Sequence record: SRR20825015_191
DNA: 64,000 nt
Direction: 5' to 3' (one strand)
Shown: piece by piece, positions 9,584-19,287 of the stretch
How the letters are laid out: each line of letters begins with the position of its first letter
How positions within the stretch are numbered: position 1 is the first letter of the stretch
The notes under the pieces: generated by a model
The model's input: the letters and a program-made list of their open reading frames with translations, nothing else
Database searches by the model: none
What the model was told of the DNA's origin: nothing
Program-made: the position numbers and the translations under genes

Positions 9584-10129
9584 TTAAAAGGACCAATTGA
9601 TGCCGGGCATGACCGGGGCGGCTTGATTGGGAAAATTGCGAAACCAGGTCTGGCCTTTTACGATATTGACCAAGCCGATTTGGATGCCGTGCAGATTTTC
9701 CGCGTAATTGATGATTCCGACTTGGACGCCCCGAACCTCTTTGCCGATGTTAACGTATCCGGATTGCAGGCCCATGAGGCTGCCGCGACTTAGGTTGAGC
9801 CCGGCATGCTGCCAGCCCTCAATTTGGCCGCGACTCCGAGCCACGAAACCTCCCCAGAGCACTCCGCGATAATCTTCGGCGTAAGATGCGATTAGCGAGG
9901 AGGAGAATCCCCGGCTTTTTCCACTGAGGCCATTGACGAATCCGAGGTTGAGCCCGCGGACCTCATTGAGACCCCAGAGATTCAGGGCCACCCCGCTGAC
10001 GGTTTCGCGCGGTTCGGCCCAGGCGATATCTGGCGCGAACGCCAGTTGGAATCGGGTTTTGGCGTGGAGCGATGGGCTCAGCACAGCCAGACAGAGAAAG
10101 GTGAAGAGTTTGGAGAGTGTAGTGCTCAT
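9584..10129 (-). CDS. secreted LA_2272-like Gly-rich repeat protein (probable outer-membrane/surface)
   Basis: Signal peptide; repeats GLNLGFVN / GLQSGYVN / GVQVGIIN / GIQIGLVN; C-terminal PGINWSF. Confidence 0.8.
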   Translation of the reverse strand: MSTTLSKLFTFLCLAVLSPSLHAKTRFQLAFAPDIAWAEPRETVSGVALNLWGLNEVRGLNLGFVNGLSGKSRGFSSSLIASYAEDYRGVLWGGFVARSRGQIEGWQHAGLNLSRGSLMGLQSGYVNIGKEVRGVQVGIINYAENLHGIQIGLVNIVKGQTWFRNFPNQAAPVMPGINWSF

Positions 10130-10204
10130 AGGATGGGTTGTTCGGAACCCAGATTATCGAAAACTTGCAATGTCCACAATGACACATAAACCACTAATCC
10201 TGCC

Positions 10205-11173
10205 ATGAATGTTGGTTTCTTCATTTTTCCCGGATTTCAGCTTTTGGATCTCGCCGGTCCCTTGGCGGCCTTTGAACTCGCGCAACGTTTTCAGGGCGCG
10301 TCGCACTACCGTTTGCACTACACCTCGCTCGGAGGCGGGTTGGTGGCATGTTCGAATGGGGCTCGGATGGATTCGCAGAAATTGGGCACGGTTACCTACG
10401 ACACTCTCGTGGTGATTGGCGGTGATACGATGGATACGGTCTGCCGCTGTGATCACACCCGACGCGCTTTGCTGCAGGCGACGAAAGGGGCCCGCCGCAT
10501 CGCGAGCATTTGCACGGGAGTCTATCTCCTTGCCGAAACAGGCCTGCTGAAGGGAAAGCGGGTGACGACCCATTGGCGGTTTGCGGCGGATTTTCAAAAG
10601 AAGCATCCGGATATCCGGGTGGAACCGGACCGGATCTACATGCACGATGGGCGAATTTGGAGTTCGGCGGGAATCACGGCGGGGATTGATCTCGCGCTCG
10701 CGTTGATTGAGGAGGACTGCGGGGAGGAGACGGCTCAGAAAGTCGCGCAGGATCTTGTGGTCTTTTATCGGCGACCGGGCGGACAATCGCAATATTCGGC
10801 CCTTTTGCAGGCAAAAGCACATTCGGAGCGCATCGGTAACGTATTGGGTTATGCCCGCCAAAACCTCACCGAGGAGCTTTCGATTGAAGAACTTGCGGTC
10901 GCCGCACACTTGAGCCCGCGTCAGTTTGCCCGAGTCTTCAAAGAGGAAACAGGACAGACTCCGGCGAAGGCAATTGAGCTATTGCGGATTGAGGCAGCGC
11001 GCGTGCGCATTGAGCAAAATCTTTCCGAATCGTTGGAAGAAATCGCGGCAGAGACTGGTTTTAATTCGTTGGAACGCATGCGACGTTCTTTCATCCGTTC
11101 CTGTGGCCAGGCGCCGCAGAGTCTGCGCCGCCTCGCCAATGCCCGAAACCACGCGGTTGATATGAATCGATGA
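10205..11173 (+). CDS. GlxA/FtrA-family AraC transcriptional regulator (DJ-1/PfpI + AraC HTH)
   Basis: ASICTG, TTHW, SSAGITAGIDLAL, RRPGGQSQYS and LSPRQFARVF; divergent from 9584-10129. Confidence 0.95.
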   Translation: MNVGFFIFPGFQLLDLAGPLAAFELAQRFQGASHYRLHYTSLGGGLVACSNGARMDSQKLGTVTYDTLVVIGGDTMDTVCRCDHTRRALLQATKGARRIASICTGVYLLAETGLLKGKRVTTHWRFAADFQKKHPDIRVEPDRIYMHDGRIWSSAGITAGIDLALALIEEDCGEETAQKVAQDLVVFYRRPGGQSQYSALLQAKAHSERIGNVLGYARQNLTEELSIEELAVAAHLSPRQFARVFKEETGQTPAKAIELLRIEAARVRIEQNLSESLEEIAAETGFNSLERMRRSFIRSCGQAPQSLRRLANARNHAVDMNR

Positions 11174-11262
11174 GATCCGTGACTTGGGATGTGGGGATCA
11201 CCCAAGTCTGGATCTGAAATATTCAGCCTGACTCCGTCGGCGGATTTCATTACGCTTCGTAA

Positions 11263-12621
11263 ATGTTAGAAAACGTGGCACCCATCGATCAACTCGAACA
11301 CTGCATAGAAACGCAGGATGCTACCGGTGCTACGGCATTGTTGGAGTCGTTTCCGGCGACAGATCGGTCCCGTTTGATCGATCGTCTGGATGACGATGAG
11401 CAGGAGCAGTTGATGGTGCTGATTAAACCGGAACTGGCGGCGGAGTTACTCGACAAAATGGCCCCGGCACAGGCGGTGGATATTCTTGACGGGATCGAAC
11501 CGCATATTGCGGCGGATATCGTTGAGGAAATGGATAGTGACGCGGCGGCGGATATGTTGGGCGAGTTGGAGGATGATGAAGCGGAGGCGATTCTGGTTAA
11601 GATGGAACCGGAGGAGGCCGAGGAAGCCCGGGGATTGCTGGCGTATGATGAGGATACGGCCGGTGGTCTCATGCGGTCTGAGTTTTTGGCCTATTCACTC
11701 GATGCCACGGTCAAGGATGTGACAGAGGATATGAGGTCGAATGCGGAAATCTATACGGATTACGATGTGCAATACGCCTACATCGTGGATGGCGAAGATC
11801 ATCCGGTGGGCGTTCTGCGGTTGCGTGATCTGCTCCTCTCGACGCCGTCCACACCGGTCACGAAGATCATGCTGCCGAATCCCCAGGTGGTGAACCATCT
11901 GATGGAGCAGGATGAGTTGGCGCGGTTATTCGCAGACAAGGGATTCGTGGGGCTGCCGGTGGTGGATGACGAAGGACAATTGATTGGTGTGGTCATGCGC
12001 AAATCGGTGCGGGAGGCGGCGGCCGAAGATGTGGCGGAGGATTTTCTGAAGGTCAGCGGTTTAGGCGGTAAGGAGGAGCTGCGTTCGATGCCGGTCGTGG
12101 TGAGGTCGCGCCGCCGTCTGTCCTGGTTGAGCATCAACATCGGTCTCAACGTGATGGCCGCGAGTGTGATTGCGGCGTATCAGGATACGCTGGCGCAAGT
12201 GATCGCGTTGGCGGTATTTTTACCGATCATCTCGGATATGAGCGGCTGCAGCGGGAGTCAGGCGGTGGCGGTGAGTATCCGCGAATTGGCGCTGGGTTTA
12301 GTGCGTCCGGTTGAGATGATGCGGGTGCTGGGCAAAGAGATGGCGGTGGGGTGTATCAACGGTCTGGCGCTGGGGATGCTGTTGGGCGCGGTGACGTTTT
12401 TCTGGCAGGGGAATGTGTGGCTCGGTGCGGTGGTCGGCGGCGCGCTGATGATTAACACGATCGTGGCGGTGAGTTTGGGCGGATTGATCCCACTCGCATT
12501 GAAGCGAATGGATCTGGATCCCGCTCTGGCGTCGGGACCGATTCTTACCACGGTCACCGATATGTGCGGTTTCTTCTTCGTGCTGAGCTTGGCGACCCTG
12601 GTCCTACCGCACCTGGTCTAA
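11263..12621 (+). CDS. mgtE: magnesium transporter MgtE
   Basis: Acidic N-domain, EDTAGGLM, CBS pair, RRLSWL, DPALASGPILTTVTD. Confidence 0.96.
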   Translation: MLENVAPIDQLEHCIETQDATGATALLESFPATDRSRLIDRLDDDEQEQLMVLIKPELAAELLDKMAPAQAVDILDGIEPHIAADIVEEMDSDAAADMLGELEDDEAEAILVKMEPEEAEEARGLLAYDEDTAGGLMRSEFLAYSLDATVKDVTEDMRSNAEIYTDYDVQYAYIVDGEDHPVGVLRLRDLLLSTPSTPVTKIMLPNPQVVNHLMEQDELARLFADKGFVGLPVVDDEGQLIGVVMRKSVREAAAEDVAEDFLKVSGLGGKEELRSMPVVVRSRRRLSWLSINIGLNVMAASVIAAYQDTLAQVIALAVFLPIISDMSGCSGSQAVAVSIRELALGLVRPVEMMRVLGKEMAVGCINGLALGMLLGAVTFFWQGNVWLGAVVGGALMINTIVAVSLGGLIPLALKRMDLDPALASGPILTTVTDMCGFFFVLSLATLVLPHLV

Positions 12622-12727
12622 GTGTTTCGCTGCCGCGAAACCCCATCGCCGGTCTCAAGATCAATCACGTCAACTAATCGTTGACGAAGATGTTGAAGGC
12701 TAACGGGAGAGGGAGAAGCGGGGTGGT

Positions 12728-14122
12728 TTATGCGGGGAGTTGCCAGCGCACGGTCGCGGTGGCGATGCCGCCCTTGTTGGCGCATTGCGCGTAGAGGAAG
12801 AGGGCGGAGAAATTGCGCCGCAGATGAAACTCCATGAGCTCCCGATCCTCACGCACGAAATCGTTATAGCGTGAACTGTAGGTGCTTTGCATCGAAGCGT
12901 AGTGATCGTAGGTCGCTTCATCCAGGTAGCCTTTGTTGTTGGCCAGCTCGAGGATTTCCGGATCGATCACCGGGTAGGAAAAGGGAGTCAGAAAGTGGCC
13001 GTCGCGGGTCCTGATCGTGTTGCCGAAACAACCGGCATTGCGCATCGCATCCGGAGTGCAGTCGTCGATCACGATGACATCCTTGCTCAGATCAAAATCC
13101 ATCGAGCCATCGTTTTTTTCTTCAATTACGATGGCTTGCACACCGACTTTCGGATGAATCGATCCGGTGCCTTCCGGCGGCACTTCCCGCACCGTATAGG
13201 TAAACAGCATCCGGTTGTGATCGAGTCGGAGTATCGAAGGATACATCAGCGAAGGGAAGCCCACCGCCCGAATTGGTTCCCAGGTCAGGCCTTCGTCGGT
13301 GGATTCGAACAGGACTTCGCCATCCAGATTATCAGATTCGGTTTCTTTTCCATAGGCCGGGTGGAAAGGGAGCGGCGCTTCGAAGGTGGCGAAGCTGTAG
13401 TCCACGCGACTGAGCATCATGAGCCGACCCGTGGGCGAGCGAAACGGCACCGATTCGGAAAAGAACGCGCGATTGGTATTTGGGTAATGGCAACCCGGAA
13501 GCGAAACATCGTGCATTTCCCAGGTCTGGCCATCGTCCGACGAGATCGCGGCACGGTGACGGTTGCCCACGCCGATGGCCAGATAGAGTCGCCCGTCATT
13601 CAGCGGGATGATCTCACGAGCACAATCGATGACATCGCCGTGGACGGCTCCGGTAAATTCCGCATCGATAATGAATCGCGTAAATGTGCGGCCGCCATTT
13701 TCTGATCGAGCCAACACCGCATAGACGTGATCGCGTTCCGCATAAGGATCGGGATACCCACCGGAGCCGTGGCACTGCACTTTCACGAAGAGGAGATTGC
13801 CGAACACCGAGACCGATGGTTCATGACCGCTGAGCAGCTCGCGGACGTGCCGTCCCTGTGACCAAGTTTGTCCATGATCCGTGGAGCGAAAGAGCACGAC
13901 ATGCGAGGAGAGACCGCGTTCGGAATTCGCCGCCGTGTCGCAGGTAATTTTTTCCTCGCCGTGCGAATGAGCGACAAACATCACGATCTCGCCATCGGCC
14001 AACACTCCCACGTGTGGTTTGAAATTAAAGTTGCCCTCCAACCGGGTGATCGAGCCCTCGATGGTATCGGGCAGTCGATCGGGATGGATGATTTTGAGCG
14101 GATAGGGGCGAAGGGAGTTCAT
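12728..14122 (-). CDS. sialidase-fold / BNR (Asp-box) repeat protein
   Basis: Asp-boxes STDHGQTW, SENGGRTF, SSDDGQTW and STDEGLTW. Confidence 0.8.
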   Translation of the reverse strand: MNSLRPYPLKIIHPDRLPDTIEGSITRLEGNFNFKPHVGVLADGEIVMFVAHSHGEEKITCDTAANSERGLSSHVVLFRSTDHGQTWSQGRHVRELLSGHEPSVSVFGNLLFVKVQCHGSGGYPDPYAERDHVYAVLARSENGGRTFTRFIIDAEFTGAVHGDVIDCAREIIPLNDGRLYLAIGVGNRHRAAISSDDGQTWEMHDVSLPGCHYPNTNRAFFSESVPFRSPTGRLMMLSRVDYSFATFEAPLPFHPAYGKETESDNLDGEVLFESTDEGLTWEPIRAVGFPSLMYPSILRLDHNRMLFTYTVREVPPEGTGSIHPKVGVQAIVIEEKNDGSMDFDLSKDVIVIDDCTPDAMRNAGCFGNTIRTRDGHFLTPFSYPVIDPEILELANNKGYLDEATYDHYASMQSTYSSRYNDFVREDRELMEFHLRRNFSALFLYAQCANKGGIATATVRWQLPA

Positions 14123-14149
14123 GGGGGGCTAGGAGGCGCGGGGGTGGTA

Positions 14150-15250
14150 TCAGGAGCTCTCACTGTCTTCCTTGGAATCCGCATTCTCACCTGCTTTCTC
14201 AGCGGCGACGCCCATTTTTTTAGCCCGTTCTCGCCACAAGCTCCGTGCATGTTTTTGCATATCGGCCACCTTGTCCTTCTCGTCGAGAATCTCGAATCCG
14301 AAGATCGTCTCGATCACGTCTTCGAAGCTGACCAATCCCATAATCGTGCCGAATTCATCCGCGACCAACATGATCTGAAGCCGCTCGGAAATAAAGCGCT
14401 GGAAAAGCGCATCGACCGGAGTGTCGTGGGGCGTCACCGCGATCGGGCGCACCAGCTGTTCCAAAGTCATCGTGTCATCATCGTCGTCCTTCAGATGGGC
14501 GATGAGGGCTTCTTCCCGAATAACAAATCCCGTCATCTCGTCACGGGTTGATTTGAATACCGGAATCCGGGTGAAGGGTTTCCCTTCGATCTGCTCCACA
14601 AACTCGCGCAGGGTTGTGCTCTGGGGGAGGGCGTAGATCACGGTCCGCGGAGTCATGATATCCTTTACCTTCATGCCATGCAGCTGGATCAGGTTCTCCA
14701 TGAACTGGCTCTCACGTTGTCCCAGCGAACCGGATTTGCCCGCCATGCGGGTCATGGCCAGAATCTCCTCCCGTTGCAGTTGCGGATTCTTATGGTTCTT
14801 CGGAGTAATCCAGCCGGTGATTTGCTTGGAGCACCAGACCAGCGGTTTGAGCATCACGATCAGAAATTCCAGAATGAGCGAGACGGGACCGGCCAAAGGC
14901 ACTGCAAACCTCGCGCCGAGTGTCTTGGGGATGATTTCCGTGACCACGAGAATCGCCAGAGTGAGCGCGCCAGCGAAAATCGCTTCGCCGACATTGCCGA
15001 ACAAGCGCGCATACTCCGCACCCGCACCTGCCGCGCCCATCGTATGAGCGATCGTGTTCAGGGTTAATATCGCCGAGAGCGGTCGGTCGATATCGACCTT
15101 TAATGCTTCCATCCTCTTGGCCCATTTCAGTCCCTTGTCTTTTGCTCCGGCAATCGACGCCGGCGTCACCGTTAGCAGGGCTGCTTCCAAGATGGAGCAC
15201 AGAAAGGAAACCATCAGTGCCAGCAGAATATAGAATATGAGCAGTGCCAT
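14150..15250 (-). CDS. CNNM (DUF21) + CBS domain protein
   Basis: SFLCSILEAALL, ILTLNTIAHT, EIIPKTLG, DIMTPR, TRIPV, DEFG...GLVSFEDVIE. Confidence 0.93.
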   Translation of the reverse strand: MALLIFYILLALMVSFLCSILEAALLTVTPASIAGAKDKGLKWAKRMEALKVDIDRPLSAILTLNTIAHTMGAAGAGAEYARLFGNVGEAIFAGALTLAILVVTEIIPKTLGARFAVPLAGPVSLILEFLIVMLKPLVWCSKQITGWITPKNHKNPQLQREEILAMTRMAGKSGSLGQRESQFMENLIQLHGMKVKDIMTPRTVIYALPQSTTLREFVEQIEGKPFTRIPVFKSTRDEMTGFVIREEALIAHLKDDDDDTMTLEQLVRPIAVTPHDTPVDALFQRFISERLQIMLVADEFGTIMGLVSFEDVIETIFGFEILDEKDKVADMQKHARSLWRERAKKMGVAAEKAGENADSKEDSESS

Positions 15251-15513
15251 TTATGTAAGGTCCGCGGAAGGAACGGCACTTCATACAAGAGCGCTTTTCC
15301 TGCTGATCAAGATATTCCCCCCTTTTTGCCCGTGCATCCGGTGCAAAACTCCAGCGGTGTCCGGTTAAGCTACCCAAAGGGCGGTGACACTGGAAAACAG
15401 CTCAAACGGCAAGGCGCCCTCGGGTGGCATGGTGTGAGGAATTGCGATGCCGAATCAGGCGGAGGGCGCTATTTCCGTGGCAAATGATGCTGATTATCAT
15501 AAGTGGGACTCCT

Positions 15514-16299
15514 TTACTCGACTGATGGGGATGGAGCGAGCGTCGGGGATAACTCAATCGATTCGGTGGTGATGACCTTCGGGTAGGACACCACCTGAAC
15601 TCCGGTGGAATAATGACAGATCACGTTGGAATCGATGGGGACGATTCCCGCCGCGGAAAAAAGGTTCCCCGCTTCAATCTCGGCTTCGGCGGGCTGAAGC
15701 GGCCACGGCGCGTGCTGCACCTCCACCCGTCCGACCTGGCCTTTGCGGGACTGCGAATACAGACAGTAACGCTCGGTGGCCCAGGCTTCGAAGCTGCCCT
15801 TGGCCGCGGTAAACACCTCGCCGATCGGACGGTAGCGGGCCTGAAATTTAACCTGACCTCTCCGGCGAACACTGGCGCATTCAAACCAATCTCTCCGTGC
15901 TTCGAGTTTCATGTCGGCTTTGAAGTAGGGTAGATTATAAACGCTTCTTCCTCCGAGCACGATGGGCCAATTGTCGGCATCGAGGCTGAAAAACCACACG
16001 CCCGGTTTGCCGTCGACTTCGACGTAAGTGCGCAGATTCAACTCGGGGAAGGACGGGAGCAGGGGCATCCCCGTGAAGGGTTTGCGCCCGAGACCGACCA
16101 TCCGGAAAGGCACGACCCCCACCCAGGCGGCCCCATCAAATTGCTGCAAAGTGACTTCCGGTGGGAGTAACTTGCTCACAGCACGCCGCGAAACCCGATA
16201 GTGCAAGAACGCCAAATCCAGCCACGACTGCTGCCAGCGCCAGGCCACATTCGGGAGTGGCCAGGGACGGTGGTCGATGGATTCAAAGGCCGGATGCAT
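15514..16299 (-). CDS. YqjF/DUF2071 family protein
   Basis: HRPWPLP, QSWLDLAFLHY, FPELNLRTYV, PGVWFFSLDA, TERYCLY, HAPWPLQ. Confidence 0.92.
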   Translation of the reverse strand: MHPAFESIDHRPWPLPNVAWRWQQSWLDLAFLHYRVSRRAVSKLLPPEVTLQQFDGAAWVGVVPFRMVGLGRKPFTGMPLLPSFPELNLRTYVEVDGKPGVWFFSLDADNWPIVLGGRSVYNLPYFKADMKLEARRDWFECASVRRRGQVKFQARYRPIGEVFTAAKGSFEAWATERYCLYSQSRKGQVGRVEVQHAPWPLQPAEAEIEAGNLFSAAGIVPIDSNVICHYSTGVQVVSYPKVITTESIELSPTLAPSPSVE

Positions 16300-16373
16300 T
16301 GACGAAGACCTACTCTCGGATTTTCACCACAAACCTTCCAGAGAAATTATTGGTGAGTCGCCGGAGTCAACCC

Positions 16374-16440
16374 GACGCGCAGAGGGACCTGCGCGTCCAC
16401 CTCGGATTGTAGGTGGAGGGGGCACGTCTCTGTGCCCGTC
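16374..16440. repeat. REP-like doublet, GGTGGA family
   Basis: 16401-16374 reads GGTGGACGCGCAGGTCCCTCTGCGCGTC; a degenerate partner sits at 16412-16440; a near-identical copy is at 20895-20922. Confidence 0.65.
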
Positions 16441-16595
16441 GTTCCGTGTGTGAATCGTTATCATTCACTCACGTTATTACCAGTGTTTTCTTGGGATAGG
16501 TAGCAACGGCTGAGGTCTCGCAACGATCACGACGAATTGGAAAGTCGAGGCCCTGGTTATAACGCTGAGGTTATTGAGAGCAGACGAATCGGTGA

Positions 16596-17588
16596 TCACG
16601 TATTCACATCGACGACGATGCGACCTTTGACTTGGCCTTTCAAAATGTCGGCTCCGAGTTGCGGGATGTCTTTTAGCGTGGCGGGTTGGATCATGGCGTT
16701 CAGCTTGTCCAATGGCAGGTCGCTCGCGAGACGTTGCCAAGCGATCACGCGTTGGTCGTAGGGCTGCATCACGCTGTCGATGCCGAGCAAATTGACGCCA
16801 CGGAGGAGAAACGGAATCACGGTGGCGGGCAGGCCGGCTCCGCCGGCCAACCCGACGGCGGCGACCGAAGCCCCGTATTTCATTTGGCCGAGCACGCGGG
16901 CGAGCATTTCACCGCCGACCGCATCGACACAGCCGGCCCAAGTCGCGGCTTCGAGAGGTTTCTTGGAAACGCTGTCGAGTTCGCTCCTTGGCACAATCCG
17001 GGTCGCGCCAAGGGATTTTAGGTAATCCTCCGTTTCGGGACGACCGGTGACGGCCGCGACTTCGTAACCGAGTTGGCTGAGAATAGCGGTGGCGATGGAA
17101 CCCACGCCACCGGCTGCACCGGTGACGAGCACTTCGCCTTGATCCGGTTTGAGGCCGTGATTTTCAAGCGCGAGCACCGCGAGCATCGCGGCCATGCCTG
17201 CCGTGCCAATCGCCATCGCCTGTTGCGTGGAAAGTCCGTGCGGGAGGGGGACGAGCCAATCGGCATTCACGCGCGCTTTCTGGGCAAAACCGCCCCAATG
17301 CTTTTCGCCCACGCCCCAACCGGTGAGGACGACGCGGTCACCGGATTGATAACGAGGATCGGCAGACGTTTCGACGGTGCCGGCGAAATCGATCCCAGGC
17401 ACGTGCGGATAGTGCCGCACGAGTCCGTTCTTGGGCCGCAGACAGATCCCGTCTTTGTAGTTGATCGTGGTGTGCTCGACCGTGACGGTCACATTGCCTT
17501 CGGGCAGACGGTCTTCGTTCAAAGTTTGGAGCGACGTGGTGACGTTGTCAGGTCCGTCTTGCTCGACGAGAAGGGCTTGGAAACTCAT
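16596..17588 (-). CDS. acuI: acryloyl-CoA reductase AcuI (YhdH/MDR family)
   Basis: INYKDG, VPGIDFAG, AIGTAG, VTGAAGGVGS, PFLLRGVNLLGIDSV. Confidence 0.9.
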   Translation of the reverse strand: MSFQALLVEQDGPDNVTTSLQTLNEDRLPEGNVTVTVEHTTINYKDGICLRPKNGLVRHYPHVPGIDFAGTVETSADPRYQSGDRVVLTGWGVGEKHWGGFAQKARVNADWLVPLPHGLSTQQAMAIGTAGMAAMLAVLALENHGLKPDQGEVLVTGAAGGVGSIATAILSQLGYEVAAVTGRPETEDYLKSLGATRIVPRSELDSVSKKPLEAATWAGCVDAVGGEMLARVLGQMKYGASVAAVGLAGGAGLPATVIPFLLRGVNLLGIDSVMQPYDQRVIAWQRLASDLPLDKLNAMIQPATLKDIPQLGADILKGQVKGRIVVDVNT

Positions 17589-17703
17589 GGGAGAAATAGT
17601 GTTAAGCGGTAAGGTTAAAGGGCGATACTCTCAGCGAGACCTGATGAACACTTAGAAGTGAACGGAAATCATGAGAATGGCAAAGCGATGGAGTAATGAA
17701 TGA

Positions 17704-17838
17704 GTCTCGCGACAAACGCGACGGTCAAACCACGAGCTCCGCTATCCAGCCACCGGCCAACCGTATTTTCCCGCGGATTAAGTAGAGGAGCGCGGAAATA
17801 AGGTCAGTTAGATCGCTTCGTCGCGTTTGTCGCGAGAC
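17704..17838. repeat. 135-bp element bounded by a perfect 20-bp inverted repeat (MITE-like or long stem-loop)
   Basis: GTCTCGCGACAAACGCGACG (17704-17723) and its exact reverse complement (17819-17838). Confidence 0.7.
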
Positions 17839-17854
17839 CACTTCGTGGGAAGGG

Positions 17855-18295
17855 TTATCCCACTTGCGATTTGATGAAGTGAATCGCCTGCCGGGTGACT
17901 CGCCAACCGAGAAGGGAGTCGGCGGCGATAGATTGGTGGATCAGCACGATGAACCAAAAGACGAACTGAAATGAACGCTTCGCGGTCTTATGACGGAACA
18001 CGCGCTGGGCCAAAAACGCTCCGGGCCAGCCGCCCAGTAGATCGATCAGATGCAAGGTGGATTCCGGGATTCGCCACGCATCGGCTTCCGCGCGATGCTT
18101 GTCACTGCGATAAGAAAAGAATGAAAAATGAGATAACGCCAAGGGCACGCCGACCAACATCCGCCAATCAATCCAACCCGAGAGCCGACTGAGCGCGATC
18201 GATGGAGGGATGAGCAAGACAAGGAGCATCCACAGAGCGGCTGCACTCACACCCTCACGTTTTTTGCACATAGTCGTTTGTTTCCCTCGGGCCAT
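17855..18295 (-). CDS. DUF1294 domain membrane protein
   Basis: YRSDKHRA...WRIPESTLHL..LLGGWPGA..AQRVFRHKT.K. Confidence 0.92.
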   Translation of the reverse strand: MARGKQTTMCKKREGVSAAALWMLLVLLIPPSIALSRLSGWIDWRMLVGVPLALSHFSFFSYRSDKHRAEADAWRIPESTLHLIDLLGGWPGAFLAQRVFRHKTAKRSFQFVFWFIVLIHQSIAADSLLGWRVTRQAIHFIKSQVG

Positions 18296-18377
18296 GTTTC
18301 TTGAAATTCATCGGAGGAGTGGTGAACGATCAACCACAAGACTAACACATTGACTCCTTTTGATCTTCCCAATCTGT

Positions 18378-19100
18378 CTATTTCTTACAGCGACAATACT
18401 TTCGTCCTGCATCGTTTAACTCATGACAACGTATTATCCGGGGGCCCGAATAGCAGTGGTTCTTATCTCTAGCTAAGCTGGTTGCATCATTTCTTTGGAC
18501 TTCAAATGTTTGTGGATCCGCCTCTTCAATTATTAAGTATGCCCAGTAAACATGATGCTCATCTTTGGCATATGAAGATCCCATGATGACGAGGCTGCTT
18601 CTGTCTTTTATGGGAACCTTTCGTGACTGATAGTAGTAAGAGTATTTATCAAGGGCTCTATTATGAAGGAACTCCTCAAGGATCTCAAAAGTTCCTAAAT
18701 CGTCGACCTCCAGAGGGGTCTCTCCATAATAATAATCGTGGGCATCTCTGGACCAGTTTCCCTTCAAATATTTAAAGGTCCTGCCATCAGATCCAATTAT
18801 AGGTTGGTTTGTAAAATAGCCACGATGTCGATCTACCGCATAATAATTGTTAAAGATGCGGAATGTTGCTGGATGGGCACCCTCGATTTTGATGTTCATC
18901 CAATATGCCGAATGAGCGTCCTTCCCATACCATTCAGACAGTTGCTTAAAGGTCTTTGGATCAGCTGAGGGAATGGCTTTTACTACCTTGCCATGACCTG
19001 CGTTCCAAGAGACATGCTCTACTGAATTTTGGTTAATTTTATAATGAGACGTGCAACCTGCTAGAATTATGGAAATGCATATCAATGCGGTAGTTCTCAT
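18378..19100 (-). CDS. DKNYY-repeat lipoprotein
   Basis: Lipobox LAG-C after ATG 19100; repeats ADPKTF..YGKD, AHPATF..YAVD, ADPQTFEV..ARDKNHCY; visibly AT-richer than its neighbours. Confidence 0.85.
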   Translation of the reverse strand: MRTTALICISIILAGCTSHYKINQNSVEHVSWNAGHGKVVKAIPSADPKTFKQLSEWYGKDAHSAYWMNIKIEGAHPATFRIFNNYYAVDRHRGYFTNQPIIGSDGRTFKYLKGNWSRDAHDYYYGETPLEVDDLGTFEILEEFLHNRALDKYSYYYQSRKVPIKDRSSLVIMGSSYAKDEHHVYWAYLIIEEADPQTFEVQRNDATSLARDKNHCYSGPRIIRCHELNDAGRKYCRCKK

Positions 19101-19287
19101 GCTGTTTAAAATTGCGAATAGTCGCACCCAACAGCAATCTACTTCTGCGTCTCTTCTCAGCCTCTTGGTTTCCAGATAATCATGGGCTAGGATTGTTTTC
19201 TTGGTCGTTGTCTGTTCCTACTTTCCAGCCTTCCACATTAAATCTGATTGGAATCCTGTTCTGTCCTCTGAAAGTGTTTCCTCACTT

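Noticed and set aside
11263-15250. mgtE and the CNNM gene as a riboswitch-controlled Mg2+ module
   Set aside because: They are convergent and separated by an unrelated gene; mgtE has under 90 bp upstream and looks leaderless, leaving no room for an M-box.
15251-15513. Small ORF or ncRNA in this intergenic gap
   Set aside because: Only a 32-codon frame without motifs and no convincing stable structure.
19120-19215. GTTGGGT (GTTRRRY) upstream of the AT-rich DKNYY gene as an integron cassette boundary
   Set aside because: No matching RYYYAAC inverse core or attC hairpin at either end of the gene, and no integrase.
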